Counted from the first letter of the stretch, positions 13,275 through 32,582 are shown. The stretch: DNA of 64,000 bases from Chrysomallon squamiferum (GCA_012295275.1 CM022667.1:17422001-17486000); one strand, 5' to 3'. Translations and numbers: made by a program. The notes: generated from the letters alone by a model not told the origin.

Positions 13275-14985
13275 GTCTCTCTTTCTCTCTCTCTCTCATT
13301 ATTATTATTATTATTATTAAGGTTTGAAATAGCTCTCGGTGATGAAGTTCCTGGTGTATGTCTTCCATATTGGGACAGCAGTTTAGACAACGAGTTAGAA
13401 AACCCTTCAGAATCGTGTCTCTTTAGTCCCGAGTTCGTTGGGAATGGCGAAGGTCCAGTAACGACAGGTCCATTTGGTGGATGGAGACATCCAAACTTCC
13501 AGAAGCAGAATAACGGACATCAAATCCCACTGATGAGAAACGTAGGAGTTGAAGGTCAGCTGTACTCTCGTGAAGCTATAGAGAAGATTCTAGCTCAAAA
13601 CGACCATGCCCACATAATTGCCCCAAATCCCGAACCTGAACACGATATCGAAGTACTGCATGGTGGGGTGCACATCTTCATCGGTGGCGACATGGTTGAT
13701 TTAGCGACAGCACAGTTCGATCCGATTTTCTTCATCCACCACGCATTCGTAGACTATATCTGGGAAATGTTTCGCTCAAAACTGAAAAACCAGTTGAACA
13801 TCGACCCATGTACAAACTACCCAGTGAATCATATTGAACATCATGGATGTTATGATCGTATGACTATTGGTAATATCACATGCGGCGAAGGCTACAGCGA
13901 TCAGTTCATGCAAGGAGTAGAGTACGAGGCAAGTCCATCTTGCTCGCGACGACGTCCTACTTGTGGTTCGCCATATTTGAGATGTCACCAGGAAACAGGA
14001 AGATGTATACCGATTACACTTCATGAGATGAATCAACTCAAACCAGAAACTTCTTTTCCTAACCCCAGCCTACCGCCGCCTGTAGATGCATGCAATCATA
14101 TCGAAAGAGAACAACACCACGTGAAGCCGTATCAAAACACTTATTGCCTGGACGGGGTATGCGACATCAACCAGTGGGTCTTGGTACCTGTCAAAGTTGT
14201 CACAATCAGGCCACCAGGCTTCGGAAAATACCAATCATTCCCGGTAATCAATGGTGACATTTCCACTGCTAATGACATTTATCATCCCGACGCTAACTCC
14301 AGAGCTAACCGGCTAATCGAAGGACGCCTGGGGCGAGTCCCTCAAGGATATCCCCACTGTCACGAGGACGGTATTGGACAGATTTTTGTTGAGTCTATGG
14401 GTCTAAATTACAATGGAGTGTACAAGGAATCCGCTCTCATTGATCAGCGATTGGCTACAACTCTGTCAATTGCTTACATTGCTGTCAAAGATCCAGGTCG
14501 CAGAGGCATCACACGAGCGCTGTTTCGAGCGTCTGACTCATGTGGAAGAATCTGCCATACGTCTTGTAGAAATCGCAGAACTGGACGATATTATCCTTGC
14601 TCTGGTGTCGTGGAGATCGACTCCCGACCGCCGTTGATGTACAGTAGAAACTACGGCGATGCCGTACTGGACGTGTGGAACTATAACGGTGGAAGCTATT
14701 ATCCTAGTTTTAATGAAGAAAAATTCTTTTTGACTTTTTACTGCGATTACCGAGATCGTCTTCCCTGGGTGGAAAGGATGCCTGTGTCGCCGAGGGCGGA
14801 ACCAAGAATGCCTGGAAGGCCATTCCCAGAACCCCCTGTTACTCAACCTGAACCGATGTTGTCAAGAAACGGTAAGATTTATATATGGATTTTTATTCTT
14901 TGTTATTAGTTTTGCACGCACCCACACACACATACACACAAACATACACACAGACACACACAAACACACACACAGACACACACAA

Positions 14986-15017
<32 letters not shown>

Positions 15018-15589
15018 ACATATACACAATACAAATACAGATATCTCGAGAGTCAGATAAATTAACACGCACACAAAGGAAGTAGTAAAAAAGTATATGG
15101 TTTAAAACTGAAAGAGATAACAGTTCATTAAAACAATTAGGAGAATAATTTTTGAAACCAAGATACTCGTCCATTTGTGGACACTACACACTCTAAATGT
15201 CATTTAATACGCACATATAATTTAATATTAAAATTTATTTATATTATTTATGTTGCTTGTTTCCAGAATGTCGAATAAGCCCAACATGCGTACTTAGCGG
15301 TCCTTGCAATTCAGTAAATCGCGTGTGTTCATATGGTGACATACGTCTCTGCAGCAACAGCTGTGGCAGATACGCCATCTGCAACTACGGCCTCTATTTT
15401 GAAAGGTACTGCAACGGTGGAATGGTCTTCAGTGAACAGACTCAACGGTGTTCTTCCATACCCTGCAGTTCACATGTCCATTCGTCCAGATGGAACTCGT
15501 TTGGTTCATCTTCCAATATTAACTATCTCCAGAGTCTCCAAAGCCGATTAACCAATCGAATAGGAGTCAGGTTCAGAGGAAAGCGCTGA
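11593..15589 (+). CDS. Secreted tyrosinase-like protein, copy 2 (~792 aa), all six Cu-ligand histidines present
   Basis: Exons 11593-11988, 12925-13034, 13322-14871, 15267-15589, same intron positions and phases as copy 1. CuA IHSEIGSKAHGGPCFLGWHR; CuB LHGGVH...DPIFFIHHAFVD; chitin-binding-like Cys pattern in the last exon. Confidence 0.93.
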
Positions 15590-15657
15590 GTAATCAACAT
15601 TTCAGATATGTTATAATATATGTAATTTATGAATCGTTATGAAAGTTAATAACTCAG

Positions 15658-15722
<65 letters not shown>

Positions 15723-15926
15723 GACTGTTATCAGAAATTAAAATTAAAGTTACCCAATTTTAAGTGTATTTTATTTGTCTATGGTGTATTTTATGTACAT
15801 TTTAAAGCTATTTAAATAACCTACGTGTAAATTTGTGTGAAGGGAAATAAAATCGATATACTATTACATTCGTTACTGGGTTTTTCCGTTTTACTTATTT
15901 TGATTTACTCTTTTTAATTTCACTTT

Positions 15927-15958
<32 letters not shown>

Positions 15959-17484
15959 TTGTTCCCTATTTATTTACTAAACACGCTTGGCACGCATAAA
16001 CAAAATGTTTTATCTACGTCTTTCACTTTCTCTCTCTCTTCTCTTTCTCTCTGTCTCTTTCTCTTTGTCTTTGTGTGTTTGTGTGTGTGTTATATATGTA
16101 TATACGCACATAGACATAGACCTACATATATACAAACACAATATATACACCCAGTCCTACACACATACACACAGACCAACATAACATTTACTCACACACA
16201 TATTGCTCAGGGTTTGTTAACACAGGATTTTCATTTGCGTCTACCAATTAAGCGTCCTAACAATGACTTCACCTAATAAACTAATTTGTACTAGTTACTT
16301 TAGGAAGTTCAAAAAGTATGACTCTTAACTCTGCTAAGAAAACGATAGGAGAAAACAACAATCTTAGTATTTCCTTAATATATTTCAACCAATGAAAATC
16401 TACACTAACAACTAGCGACAGCTGATATATTGCATTTTCTTAAGAAGAAAGAGTGAAAAGAAAAAGAAAATGCCCAGGTTAGGTTCTACACAAGGAAATA
16501 ACTGTTATGTTGAAAATTACTAATTAGATCTAGTTGTGCTGATGAGGTAAAATATAGATCAGTAATTAGAATAGAGGCCTGATGTATATTTGTTCTCAAA
16601 GGTCTCTTCTGTTCGTCTATTTTTATTTTCTCCTTTTCTGCGCGAGCTTACAGACTCCTTTATCAAAAGCCGTTATAAGAGTTATCCGCCCCTGAGACGG
16701 TGCTTAAGTAATAAATATATAAAAATAATCATCTTAAACTTGCTTCTAAATTCTAATAAACAAAAATAATAAATAAACTGATGAATATTCAGATGACAAA
16801 CAATTCATTTTCCAATTTATTTATTTATTTATTCAATTGTTATTATTAGTTACTTCATTTAATTTATAATTATTACAGTTTTTAATTGTTTAATAACGTT
16901 TGAATTAGTGATGTAATTGAATTATATCTAGTTTAGTTAAATGTAAATCTCATTCAAAATTGACGGAAGAATTCTTGAACTTTATATAGTTAATTAGTGA
17001 AAACAAATTTTTAGAAAAAAAATAATAAAAGAAGAAATAAAATACATATTTATTTTGAGGAGAAACAAAAGAAAGGATACTGAGTGACAAACACTACAGA
17101 AGCAAGCTGCGCATGACAAGTTTCATTTGCTGATGAGTGACTCGCGGTATATCACGTTCCAAATAAAAATATTTTAAAAAATAAATTTATTATTTTTTAT
17201 TGTTATTATTTATTATTTTATTATTATTATTTTTATTTTTATTTTTATTATTATTATTTTATTTTATTTTTTTTTTTTTTTTTTTTTTTTAATAATCCAA
17301 GTAAAATAAAAAGAAAGAAAAGAAAAAAAGAAAGACATAAAATAATTAAGAATACTGTAAAATGTATTGATCTAAAACTGACATTGTAAGTAATGTCATA
17401 AACTGGGATCGCATCATAGGCAAGTCAAATTAACTTTAGACTGCAGCATATTTACTATTACAGAGAATTCCTTGATTAATGTCT

Positions 17485-17589
<105 letters not shown>

Positions 17590-18168
17590 CTCTCAATATA
17601 AAAATAATAATAATAATAATAATAAAAATATAAAAAAGTGTAACGGAGTATTATTCCATCAATCATTTATGTTAATTCACTTATGACTATTTTCCCTCGG
17701 ATAATTCTAGTGAACGTAGAACTAGTGATTTGTCACATTTGACAAAAATACGATTTTAATGTCCTTGTGTTTCACATTTTGCCCCGTAGACGCTGACTTC
17801 GTGTCCAGTACGGAAGCAGATTATCCATACACTGTCTCCCATATCGAAATGTGAAACTCGTCAGCTAATCAACGCCGTCAGACAAGCTCCTCCCACCTGC
17901 GAAATGTCGACAAAAGACAAAAAAAATAATAAACCTGTCCATTTTAGAGTTATCATTACAGTTCCTTATGGTTCAGACTAATGGATGGTTTTCCCACCGA
18001 ATATAAAACGTTGAAGAAACCCATTTTTTAAACTTTGTGTACATGTGTATATATATAAAGCAGACGTAATAAAATAACTGTTATGATATGACTGAGCAGG
18101 TCTGAAGGTGGATTAGTAAACATCTTTGGATTACGTATTTTCAGTGCCTTTTGAAATAACTTTATGCG

Positions 18169-22220
<4,052 letters not shown>

Positions 22221-22327
22221 GTAATCAACATTTCAGATATGTTATAATATATGTAATTTATGAATCGTTATGAAAGTTAATAACTCAATTTTTCTAAAAT
22301 ATTTTCCTAATTCTTGTTCTTTTTCTC

Positions 22328-22394
<67 letters not shown>

Positions 22395-23096
22395 CGTTAA
22401 AAGGAAATAGACGTATTGGAATTATACATTTTTCTGTAACTGATAATATGATTTTCAATGTTATTTTATTAAATTAACGATGAAACCAGTTATTTTATCA
22501 TGTGTTTTTCCTGTCTCGCACAGAAATATGTACTACCGCACAGTCAAATCAAACGATATTTTTACAATAGAAATATAATTAAGGCAAATAAAAATTAAAA
22601 ATAGATTAAAATTAAATTATATGTACTATGTTGCATTTGTATCTTCAAAAACAATAAGTAGGTAATCAGATGCTACTGAACTGACTGTCTTGTTTGTTCT
22701 TTGTCTTATTACATTTAGTTGATACAGGATCTTTAACTTTTCATTTTATCACACTAAATGTTAACAAATTAGATGATAATGCATTCTTGAGAAGCAGACT
22801 ATACAACCACAAAGTATTTGTTACCAGAAAGATGTATACCTAAAATGTTCTGCTTTTAAATGTATTTCATTTAATTATGGTGTATTTTATGTACATTTTA
22901 AAGCTATTTAAATCTCCTACGTGTAAATTTGAGTGAAGGGAAATAAAATGGATATTATATTCGTTATTGGGTTTTCCGTTTTACTTATTTTGATTTAGTC
23001 TTTTCAGTTTCATTTTATTTATTCACTTATCAAACATCTTTTCGTACGTTTAAAATGTTCTGTATGCTTGACATGCTGAACAAAGTTTGTTATCTA

Positions 23097-23463
<367 letters not shown>

Positions 23464-24253
23464 GGCACAAACCCTTCCCCCCCACACACAAACCAACACA
23501 ATATTTACACACGTTAAGCGCCTTCTAGATGAATAATGAAACATCACATCATTTTCATTTGCGTCTAACAATTAAGCTGTTTTAGCCACAAGGAAGTTTA
23601 GAGAACAATAACTTTATCTAATAAACTAAATTATATTAGTTACTTTAGGAAGTTCAAAAAGTATGACTCTTAACTCTGCTAAGAAAACGATAGGAGAAAA
23701 CAACAATCTTAGTATTTCCTTAATATATTTCAACCAATGAAAATCTACACTAACAACTAGCGACAGCTGATATATTGCATTTTCTTAAGAAGAAAGAGTG
23801 AAAAGAAAAAGAAAATGCCCAGGTTAGGTTCTACACAAGGAAATAACTGTTATGTTGAAAATTACTAATTAGATCTAGTTGTGCTGATGAGGTAAAATAT
23901 AGATCAGTAATTAGAATAGAGGCCTGATGTATATTTGTTCTCAAGGTCTCTTCTGTTCGTCTATTTTTATTTTCTCCTTTTCTGCGCGAGCTTACAGACT
24001 CCTTTATCAAAAGCCGTTATAAGAGTTATCCGCCCCTGAGACGGTCTTAAGTAATAAATATATAAAAATAATCATCTTAAACTTGCTTCTAAATTCTAAT
24101 AAACAAAAATAATAAATAAAACTGATGAATATACAGATGACAAACAATTCATTTTCCAATTTATTTGTTTATTTATTTATTTACTCAATTGTTATTATTA
24201 GTTACTTCATTTAATTTATAATTGTTTAGTAACTTTTAAATTAGTGATGTAAT

Positions 24254-24322
<69 letters not shown>

Positions 24323-24824
24323 ATATATTATTATTATCATCATCATCATTATAATTATTATTATTATTATTATTATTACTATTATTATTATGATTACTGT
24401 TGTTGTTGTTGTTGTTATATTTGTTTGTTGTTAACCCATTTTCTCGAAGCCAAACTTGTTTAGTTAAATGTAAATCTCATTCAAAACTGACGGAAGAATT
24501 CTTGAACTTTATATAGTTCAGAACGTAAATTAGTGAAAACTAATTTTTAGAAAAAAAATTAAAAAAAGAAGAAATAAAATACATATTTATTTTGAGGAGA
24601 AACAAAAGAAAGGATACTGAGTGACAAACACTACAGAAGCAAGCTGCGCATGACAAGTTTCATTTGCTGATGAGTGACTCGCGGTATATCACGTTCCAAA
24701 TAAAAATATTTTAAAAAATAAACTAATAATAATAAAAATAAAAAATGTTGTTTCCTGGTAACATAGAACACAGTTACGTTTCAGATATTATCCTAAGGGC
24801 ATTTATTATTTTTTATTGTTATTA

Positions 24825-24918
<94 letters not shown>

Positions 24919-25208
24919 TTTTTTTTTTTTTAATAATCCAAGTAAAATAAAAAGAAAGAAAAGAAAGAAAGACATAAAATAATTAAAGAATACTGTAAAA
25001 TGTATTGATCTTAAACTGACACTGTAAGTAATGTCATAAAGTAAAAGACATTAAATACATCTTTATTTCGAAAACTGCGTGCGTTTTATTATTAGTGAAA
25101 ACAGAAACATTATCAACAATACTGAGTGAATACAATATTGAAGCAAGCTGAAAAGCTAATCATACTCCATAGCAAAATAAAAAAATAATATAGTATACCA
25201 CTTTTTCT

Positions 25209-25244
<36 letters not shown>

Positions 25245-25547
25245 AATCCAAGTAAAATCAAATAAAATAAATTAAATTTAAAATTAATTAAATAAATAAA
25301 AACATAAAATAATTAAAGAATACCATTGTACTGTATAATGTATTGATCTAAAACTGACATTGTAAGTAATGTCATAAACAGGGATCGCATCATAGGCAAA
25401 TCAAATTAACTTCAGATAGCAGCAATACTTACTTAATTAATGTCCGAATTTTATCAGTATGGTTACTCTAACTGAAAGTAAAGTAATATTTATTTATTCA
25501 TTTATTTTATTTTATTTTATTTTATTTTATTTTATATCTTTCTCTAT

Positions 25548-25580
<33 letters not shown>

Positions 25581-25599
25581 TCAGAAATCACTTCATCCA

Positions 25600-25760
25600 C
25601 ACTTATACGTCGTCATGAATGTTTGTGGTTCTTTCCGGCAAATTCAGCGACCAAATAACAAACTGTTGTCCTGAAAATGTTGCGTATATTTAACATCGAA
25701 TAAACAAGTGACCGTATTCCTGTCAATTTGACCGGAAGTTACCTTGTTTACATGTGTCAA
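25600..25760 (+). promoter_or_regulatory. Candidate POMGNT2 promoter or 5' region
   Basis: CpG-containing patch with ETS-like CCGGAAGT (~25732), upstream of the intron ending at 27298. Inference only. Confidence 0.3.
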
Positions 25761-26009
25761 AATTTTAATATTTTAAAATTAAAACAGTTAATCGATGTTT
25801 TTATTCTCCCTGTGCATAATTTAATTATGTGTGTAATAAGATTTTCATAAGAGATAATGTATGCTAACATGACAGTCTCACTGGAAGAAAATGGCAGATG
25901 TGAACCATGCCACTACTGCTGTAGGCTTAGAAATTTTTGTTGAAAATCGAGTGCATCAGCCATAAATTGGGGTTTTGCAGTGAGTTTTTTAATAAATGTG
26001 GGAATAACA

Positions 26010-26090
<81 letters not shown>

Positions 26091-27306
26091 ATCTGTCCAC
26101 TATAAAGAAAAGAAATTGGCTCTCACTAGAATATTTATATTACCTTTCATGGATGCACTTGTACTGCAGGAAGTCTATATCATCCATCATTTTCTTGGAA
26201 CACAGATAACAAATATTAATATAATATTATATAATTTTAACTTTTATTTATTAACAAAGCTGGATAATGGTAGTAAATTGGGAATAATAATTGTAAAAAC
26301 ATTATGATTATGAAATGTTTCTCGTTGTAGATTCAGTAAGCTTATATTATTCAAAAATTAAAATGCAAATAAAAAATATGTCATTAATTCACACAGCATA
26401 TGAATCATAAAATGTTCAGTCGACAGAAAGTAATTGTCACATTTGCAAAGTACCATTGTCATTGAGTTTTGATATATATAATACACCCCAAAAAAACAAC
26501 AACACCGTCCTAATCTCTAAATTTATGAATTATCATAATTAGTATATTAAAAAAATGAAAGTTATAATGATGGTTTATACTGCACATAGCACATATAGCA
26601 GTATGTTAGCTCTCATGATCAAACTAACCCATTTGTTATATGCAGAGGTCTGGTGATTCTCAGGGCCAACTCCTTGATTGTATGCCCCAAAGACTGAAGT
26701 ATAAGGCCTAGTACTGAGACATATTATGAGAAAGGAAGATATTATCAATATGTAAATATAGATGAAACACAAAATAACCACTTTATTCAATTTAAATATA
26801 AATCAACCTAATTTATTAAATTCTTTTTTCTGATTGGGTGCCCCCCCCCCATTTGGAAGCCAGGGCCACTGTCCCTTTGGCCCCCTCTCTGCACATACTA
26901 GTTATATGAGTACAAATGTAAATATATTTGTATTTATTTCATATTCCACTTTGCAGACTACAGTATATATTTCAAATCACCCCAAAACATGTTGACCATA
27001 CAAGTAATCTAGTTTGCAAAAAATGGAATTAAAAGAATGTGTGTGTGTGTGTGTGTGATGTTTTTACATGGTTAATGCATATTATCTCTCGTCCACTTAC
27101 AAAGCCAGAATTCTGATCCTCCAGTTGTTGGTTTAGTGCAGTATTAATAACTGTGTTTTGTACCAAATACAACTATATGTATTGCAGATGGATTGTATAT
27201 AGTCTGCAGAACATAAAATCCATTCCAGTCATTTCAAACAATTACCTACACTGTAGAATATATCAAAAATTATATTAGTTTTCTTATTTCTTTTGCAGTT
27301 TGTTGT

Positions 27307-29268
27307 ATGGTCTTAACAGTCATCGAGAGAATACACAAGACCAACATGTTATCACTTCACAATATTACCCATGCTGTAATGATAGCTTTGATTGCAACAC
27401 TGGTGAGAAAGTATCTTCAGCTGAGATTTGAATACGAAGACCTTGAACTGACAGTCCAGTCTTATGGCAGTTCCGTGCCAGAGACACAGGACACTGGTAT
27501 TCAAGACCTGTCATCAGAATTAGAAAAATGTAAAAATATTATGAGCCAAAACCATAAGAGTAATTCAGTCAGTTACCATGTCAATGGAAATGGAAATTCA
27601 GATTCTCCAAGTGCTATGGATGTGACTCCATCTAAAGATTCTTCAGGCACCAGAGATACAAATATAGATTATTTGAATGGTAAGGAAATGAGTTACAATG
27701 ATCTCAGTACTTCAGTTTGGTGTTATGGAAACAACAGATCAGAACGAATTTGTCATTTTCACAATCTCTGCTACTTCAGCAGACACAAAGATTTTGTTTT
27801 CATTCATGGAAAGGACAGTGTTATGGAGAATCTTCCAGATGATCCTGAAGCTATTTTAGACCTTTCATCTGTGGATGGTCACAATAACTTTTTCTTCTCA
27901 TTCTCCAGTGTTTTGGCCAAGCCATTCAAAAATTTGACAGTACAATGGATAAATGAAACAAGCTTGATAATGTCTCGGTTCAAGCCAGATAATTTGATGC
28001 ATGTTCTTCATGATGACATTCTTCCACTCCATCAAACAGTTAAATGGATTACATTTATCACACAGCAGTCATTTTCTGACATTCAGTTTGTTTTCATGGA
28101 CAACTGGGAAGACAGTGAGTTTGACCCTTTGTATGACACTTTGTCAGATCACAAGGCTATCAGAAAAATGGATCTTGACAATTCTGGTCAAGTCGTATGT
28201 TTTTCTAATAGTTTTGTAGGACTCCTAAAAACCACCACATGGTACCAATATGGATTTTTCAATCCTCAGGGTCCAAAGAATGAAATTAAAGTCACTTCTG
28301 AACATGTTCATGATTTGGTTCATCATCTTTTGATGCATTTGCCCAGCACAGTTAACTATTATGAAAACACTGGACAGTATCTAGTTTTACTTTCACGGAA
28401 GCTAAACAGGCTGATTCTTAATGAAGCAGAACTAATTGTGAAAATAGCTCAGGAGACTAAAATAAAAGTTGTGTCTATAAGTTCAGAGACTCACACCATT
28501 GAAGACATGATGCATATAGTTCATGGTTCACAGGGAATCATAGGTATGCATGGTTCACTCATGTCACTATGTCTCTTCCTTCGCCCAGGTAGTGTCGTTG
28601 TTGAACTTTTTCCTTATGCAGTAAACCCATCAAATTACACACCATACAGTTCTCTGGCTGGCACAAAGGGTATGAATATTATATATAAAGCATGGACAAA
28701 TACTGATAAAGACAACACAGTTATGCACCCAGAATATGTTCCAGAATTAGGTGGCATTTATCACTTAACAGATGATCAACAAGATGATATAAAGTCTCAG
28801 ACTAATGTCCCAGCCCATCTGTGCTGTTCAGATCCATCCTGGTTGTTTCACATTTATCAAGACACAACTGTTGATGTGAAGGAAGTAACACAGATCATAA
28901 CAGCAGCTCTAGAAGAAGGAGAGAAAACAGTTAACAATATGACTTCCTCATCATTACACATGGCTGTTCTTTTCCCAGGACTGGTTAACAATATTACCTG
29001 TGAAAGAATTATTAATGAAGGAAAAATATTTTTGAAGTTGTCCTGGGTAAAACCTTGGAATATTCCTTATATAAAGTATTACAAGTTAAACTATGAAGTG
29101 TGGTTGCAAAACAGTGCAGAAGATGATGTTGTTTCATTTATGTTGTCAAATCAGACGTCACATGTTTTATCAAGTGCCATTAAATCAGATCATAAATACC
29201 ATGTATGGGTTAGATGTGTGTTAAATGGTCAGTTCATTGGTGTATTCAGAAATGCTCTGGATTGTTAG
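27307..29268 (+). CDS. POMGNT2: Protein O-linked-mannose beta-1,4-N-acetylglucosaminyltransferase 2 (GT61 family, C-terminal FN3-like domain), 653 aa, single coding exon
   Basis: N-terminal TM segment; motifs RICHFHNLCY, LDLSSVDGHN, RFKPDNLMHVLHDDILP, TTWYQYGF, GMHGSL, VELFPYAVNP, HLCCSDPSWLFHIYQDT, YHVWVRC match POMGNT2/GTDC2. Acceptor TTTTGCAG just upstream of the ATG. Confidence 0.95.
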   Translation: MVLTVIERIHKTNMLSLHNITHAVMIALIATLVRKYLQLRFEYEDLELTVQSYGSSVPETQDTGIQDLSSELEKCKNIMSQNHKSNSVSYHVNGNGNSDSPSAMDVTPSKDSSGTRDTNIDYLNGKEMSYNDLSTSVWCYGNNRSERICHFHNLCYFSRHKDFVFIHGKDSVMENLPDDPEAILDLSSVDGHNNFFFSFSSVLAKPFKNLTVQWINETSLIMSRFKPDNLMHVLHDDILPLHQTVKWITFITQQSFSDIQFVFMDNWEDSEFDPLYDTLSDHKAIRKMDLDNSGQVVCFSNSFVGLLKTTTWYQYGFFNPQGPKNEIKVTSEHVHDLVHHLLMHLPSTVNYYENTGQYLVLLSRKLNRLILNEAELIVKIAQETKIKVVSISSETHTIEDMMHIVHGSQGIIGMHGSLMSLCLFLRPGSVVVELFPYAVNPSNYTPYSSLAGTKGMNIIYKAWTNTDKDNTVMHPEYVPELGGIYHLTDDQQDDIKSQTNVPAHLCCSDPSWLFHIYQDTTVDVKEVTQIITAALEEGEKTVNNMTSSSLHMAVLFPGLVNNITCERIINEGKIFLKLSWVKPWNIPYIKYYKLNYEVWLQNSAEDDVVSFMLSNQTSHVLSSAIKSDHKYHVWVRCVLNGQFIGVFRNALDC

Positions 29269-29562
29269 AACAAGAAATGTAAATGGTCAAATATTTTATC
29301 ACAGAATAAAAAAATTATTTCAAGTAACAATGTAAAATTTAAAATGTATTTTTACTGATTCCAAACACTCATATTATAATGTGAATGAAGAACAGTTTAT
29401 TCAGCTTTTAAAAGTCAATGGTAGACATTTTTGAAGTTTGCTATATTAATACTCCCATCAATTTTTTTCTTAACTAAAAATATTTGTTTTTACATAGTGA
29501 TTTATTCTATCTCTGTCAGACTGTTTATATTAATGTTGCCAAGACTGGTGCTTATAAATCTT

Positions 29563-29638
29563 TACTAAATGGTATCATTCCAATAGTTTCATTATATATA
29601 TATATATAATGAAACTATTGGAATGATACCATTTAGTA
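29563..29638. repeat. Perfect 76-bp palindrome centred on (TA)n, downstream of POMGNT2
   Basis: TACTAAATGGTATCATTCCAATAGTTTCATTA-(TA)n-TAATGAAACTATTGGAATGATACCATTTAGTA equals its own reverse complement. Confidence 0.92.
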
Positions 29639-31667
29639 TATATATATATATATATATATATTATTATTATTATTATTGTTATTATTATTATTAATTTATT
29701 TATTTGTAAAAATATTTATAATTACCAGTATTATAAAATTTTATTAAAAACATTATCTCATGAATGACAATATACCGAATGATAAACAGTTAAGATTATT
29801 TAATAATACTTTTTTCATTATGATGATCGGAATTCTGCAACAATAAACATAAAATAAAAAAATATGATATGATCATCTAATGCATTTCTAATTGAAGAAT
29901 TTGAAACTTTTAATCAATTTAAACCAGTTTGGTGACACTTCACTCTAATATTGAACCTTTTGTTTTTTGTTATGTCTAAGAAGTCTTGAAATCACTTTAG
30001 ATAATGAACACTGTCATCAACAGGTTTGTACCCAAATAGATCTACATAAAAATACTTTAAATTAAATTAAAATATGAATGGGGCCAATTTACAGAACTGT
30101 TTATGTTGTATAATACGTCTCTCTGTAAATTTCAGTTTAGGTTTTTAATTCTACTTTGTGAATACTTTATCATTATGTAATTATTGCAGCTGCATGAAAA
30201 AAAAAATAATAATAATAATAAAAACGTTTTCTTAGGACTGTCATTTTTATTTTATTTTTTAACTGTTGCTTTATTGAAGTTAGTTTGTCTTTCAGCAATT
30301 AGATTTTGTAATTGTTGTTATCATCATCATCATCATCTTCATTATTATTAGTATTTGTATACCACCTTGTTTTAGAATAGTTTTCTTTTTGAGCAATCAA
30401 AAAACACATTATTTACTTTTGTTGATTTTCTGTGTGTGTGTGTGTGTGTGTGTTTGTGTTCTCAATTATGAAAATGTGTAAATAATGTACTATTTACAGT
30501 ACAGTTCATATATTTATAATATTTGTGTGGTTTTTCCATTTCTACATTTTATTTTTTGTTTTTTGTTTTCAAGACAAACATGTGCTGAGCAAAAATGACT
30601 GTTATTTTGATTTGACACTGATTGTTGTAAAGAACAGGCAATAAAATATTTAAACATTCATATTAGTTTCGTATTTAGTATTTACTGTTTGTTTCACTGA
30701 ATAATGTACACAATCATTTGAAGGATTAGTTTTTCCTATTTTTCATTTAAACAGTGCCTTATTACTTTAGAGTACCTATAATTAACTTTAACTTTGGCAA
30801 ACGTCTAACACACACACAATGTTTTTTCCCACACCGATACAGTTTGTTTCATCCTTGGGTCTTCAGACATCAGATTTAGTTCCCTGAATGATCTGTCAGA
30901 ACAAATCATAAAAATATTTAGAATAACTTCTAGCTCTGCTAATAAGCCATAGAAGTAAAGATTACCAATAATAATATTCAAAATTAAAAAATAATAATAA
31001 TTTTATTATTATTTATAAAAATAAAATTAAAAAATATGAAAATTTTAAAATCCTATAGTTCAAAATAAATACAAATCACATTTAGTTCTGACGTTTCATC
31101 TATAAGAAGAAGGGACGTAACTCTAACCAATTATCTATTTAACGCGTTACGTAAATCGAGACTAAGCGCAAATTTGGTTTTCACGGAGTCAGCATTGTGA
31201 TTACGTAACTAGTTGTGTTCTTAGAAGTAATTGTCGTTCAGCTAATTTATGTTAAAAAATAAATAAATAGTTTAACTTTATCGTTTCTGCTATTTCAGCA
31301 TTAAATCCGTTTTCGCATTATTAAGTAATAAAAAAAAATGGTCTCGTGCCCCATATTCATACCTTTTAGCTTCTGTGTTAGTGTATATAACTATAAAGTA
31401 TAAATATAATGAATATGTTACGTAGATTTTTGATTGGTAAATTGTTATACAACATCATTAAGTTAAAAACATTTATTAATTTATCTTTAAAATGAATAAA
31501 CACTGTAAGAATAATGATTGCTATTCTGATCATTTATTTACTAATTTAGTTTTTAAAAAAATGCATGTATAATGCGATTTTTGATTACCATCGCGTATTA
31601 AATAAAAAATGCTCGTCTATTCCTCGCTTTAATAAAGTGATTGTAGATTGTTTTCAGCTCAATAAAT

Positions 31668-32551
31668 ATGTCTAGGAGTGTAACAGATGACCAAATAAAT
31701 GAATGGTGTGATGCAGGAATCAACATAGCCAGAAAAGCAGGCGTTGTAAGCTAATGTTATTACTAATTTTGAATTAAATTAATAAAGATTCTCACAGCTT
31801 TTAAAATAGATCTGCAAATTTTAATTGAATAAGTGAATATTCATCATAATCAAGCAATATTCTTAAAATAATTTTTAATGTGGTAATATGAAAAATACCC
31901 ATATATTATTAATTAAACTACTTATTTTTCCTTCACTTTTTTTTTTGTTGTTGATGTTGTTGTTTGTTTGTTTTTTGGTTGTTGTTTTTTTAATGTTAAT
32001 TTATAATTTAATTTTTATATTTTCTTTTTCTTTTCTTTTTTGGAGCTGTAAAATCAGGACAATATATAGTTAAGTGTAGATGTTAACTACAGCTGTAATT
32101 CTTGACAGTAATGATGAAACCTAAAAAAACACCTTTATAATTTGGTAATTAATAAATTATATATGAATAATGTTGATAATGTACAAACATATAAATCATG
32201 CAAGGAAAGATACACATACACACTCACACACACAACCTTTATAAAATACAACTAAAAAAAAAAAAAATCAACAAAATGTTTCTCTTCTTTTTATACAGAT
32301 GATACGAGATGGGCTGGATAAGGAGAAAACAGTTGACACTAAAATTAGTTATGCTGACCTGGTAACAGAAACAGATAGAGCAGTGGAAAAAATGGTGATG
32401 GAATTCATCCAAAACAAATATCCATCTCACAAGTTAGTTCCTCTTGTTAAATAAAATTAATCTTTTTACTGTCAGTAAAGTATGTATCATGTTTAAATGC
32501 ATATACATTTGTATGTGAATGAAAGTCTCTTTGTTTGCATACACACACCCA

Positions 32552-32582
<31 letters not shown>

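Noticed and set aside
26640-26900. C/G-rich patch resembling a MITE or hAT end in the POMGNT2 5' intron
   Set aside because: No matching TIR pair or target-site duplication could be identified.
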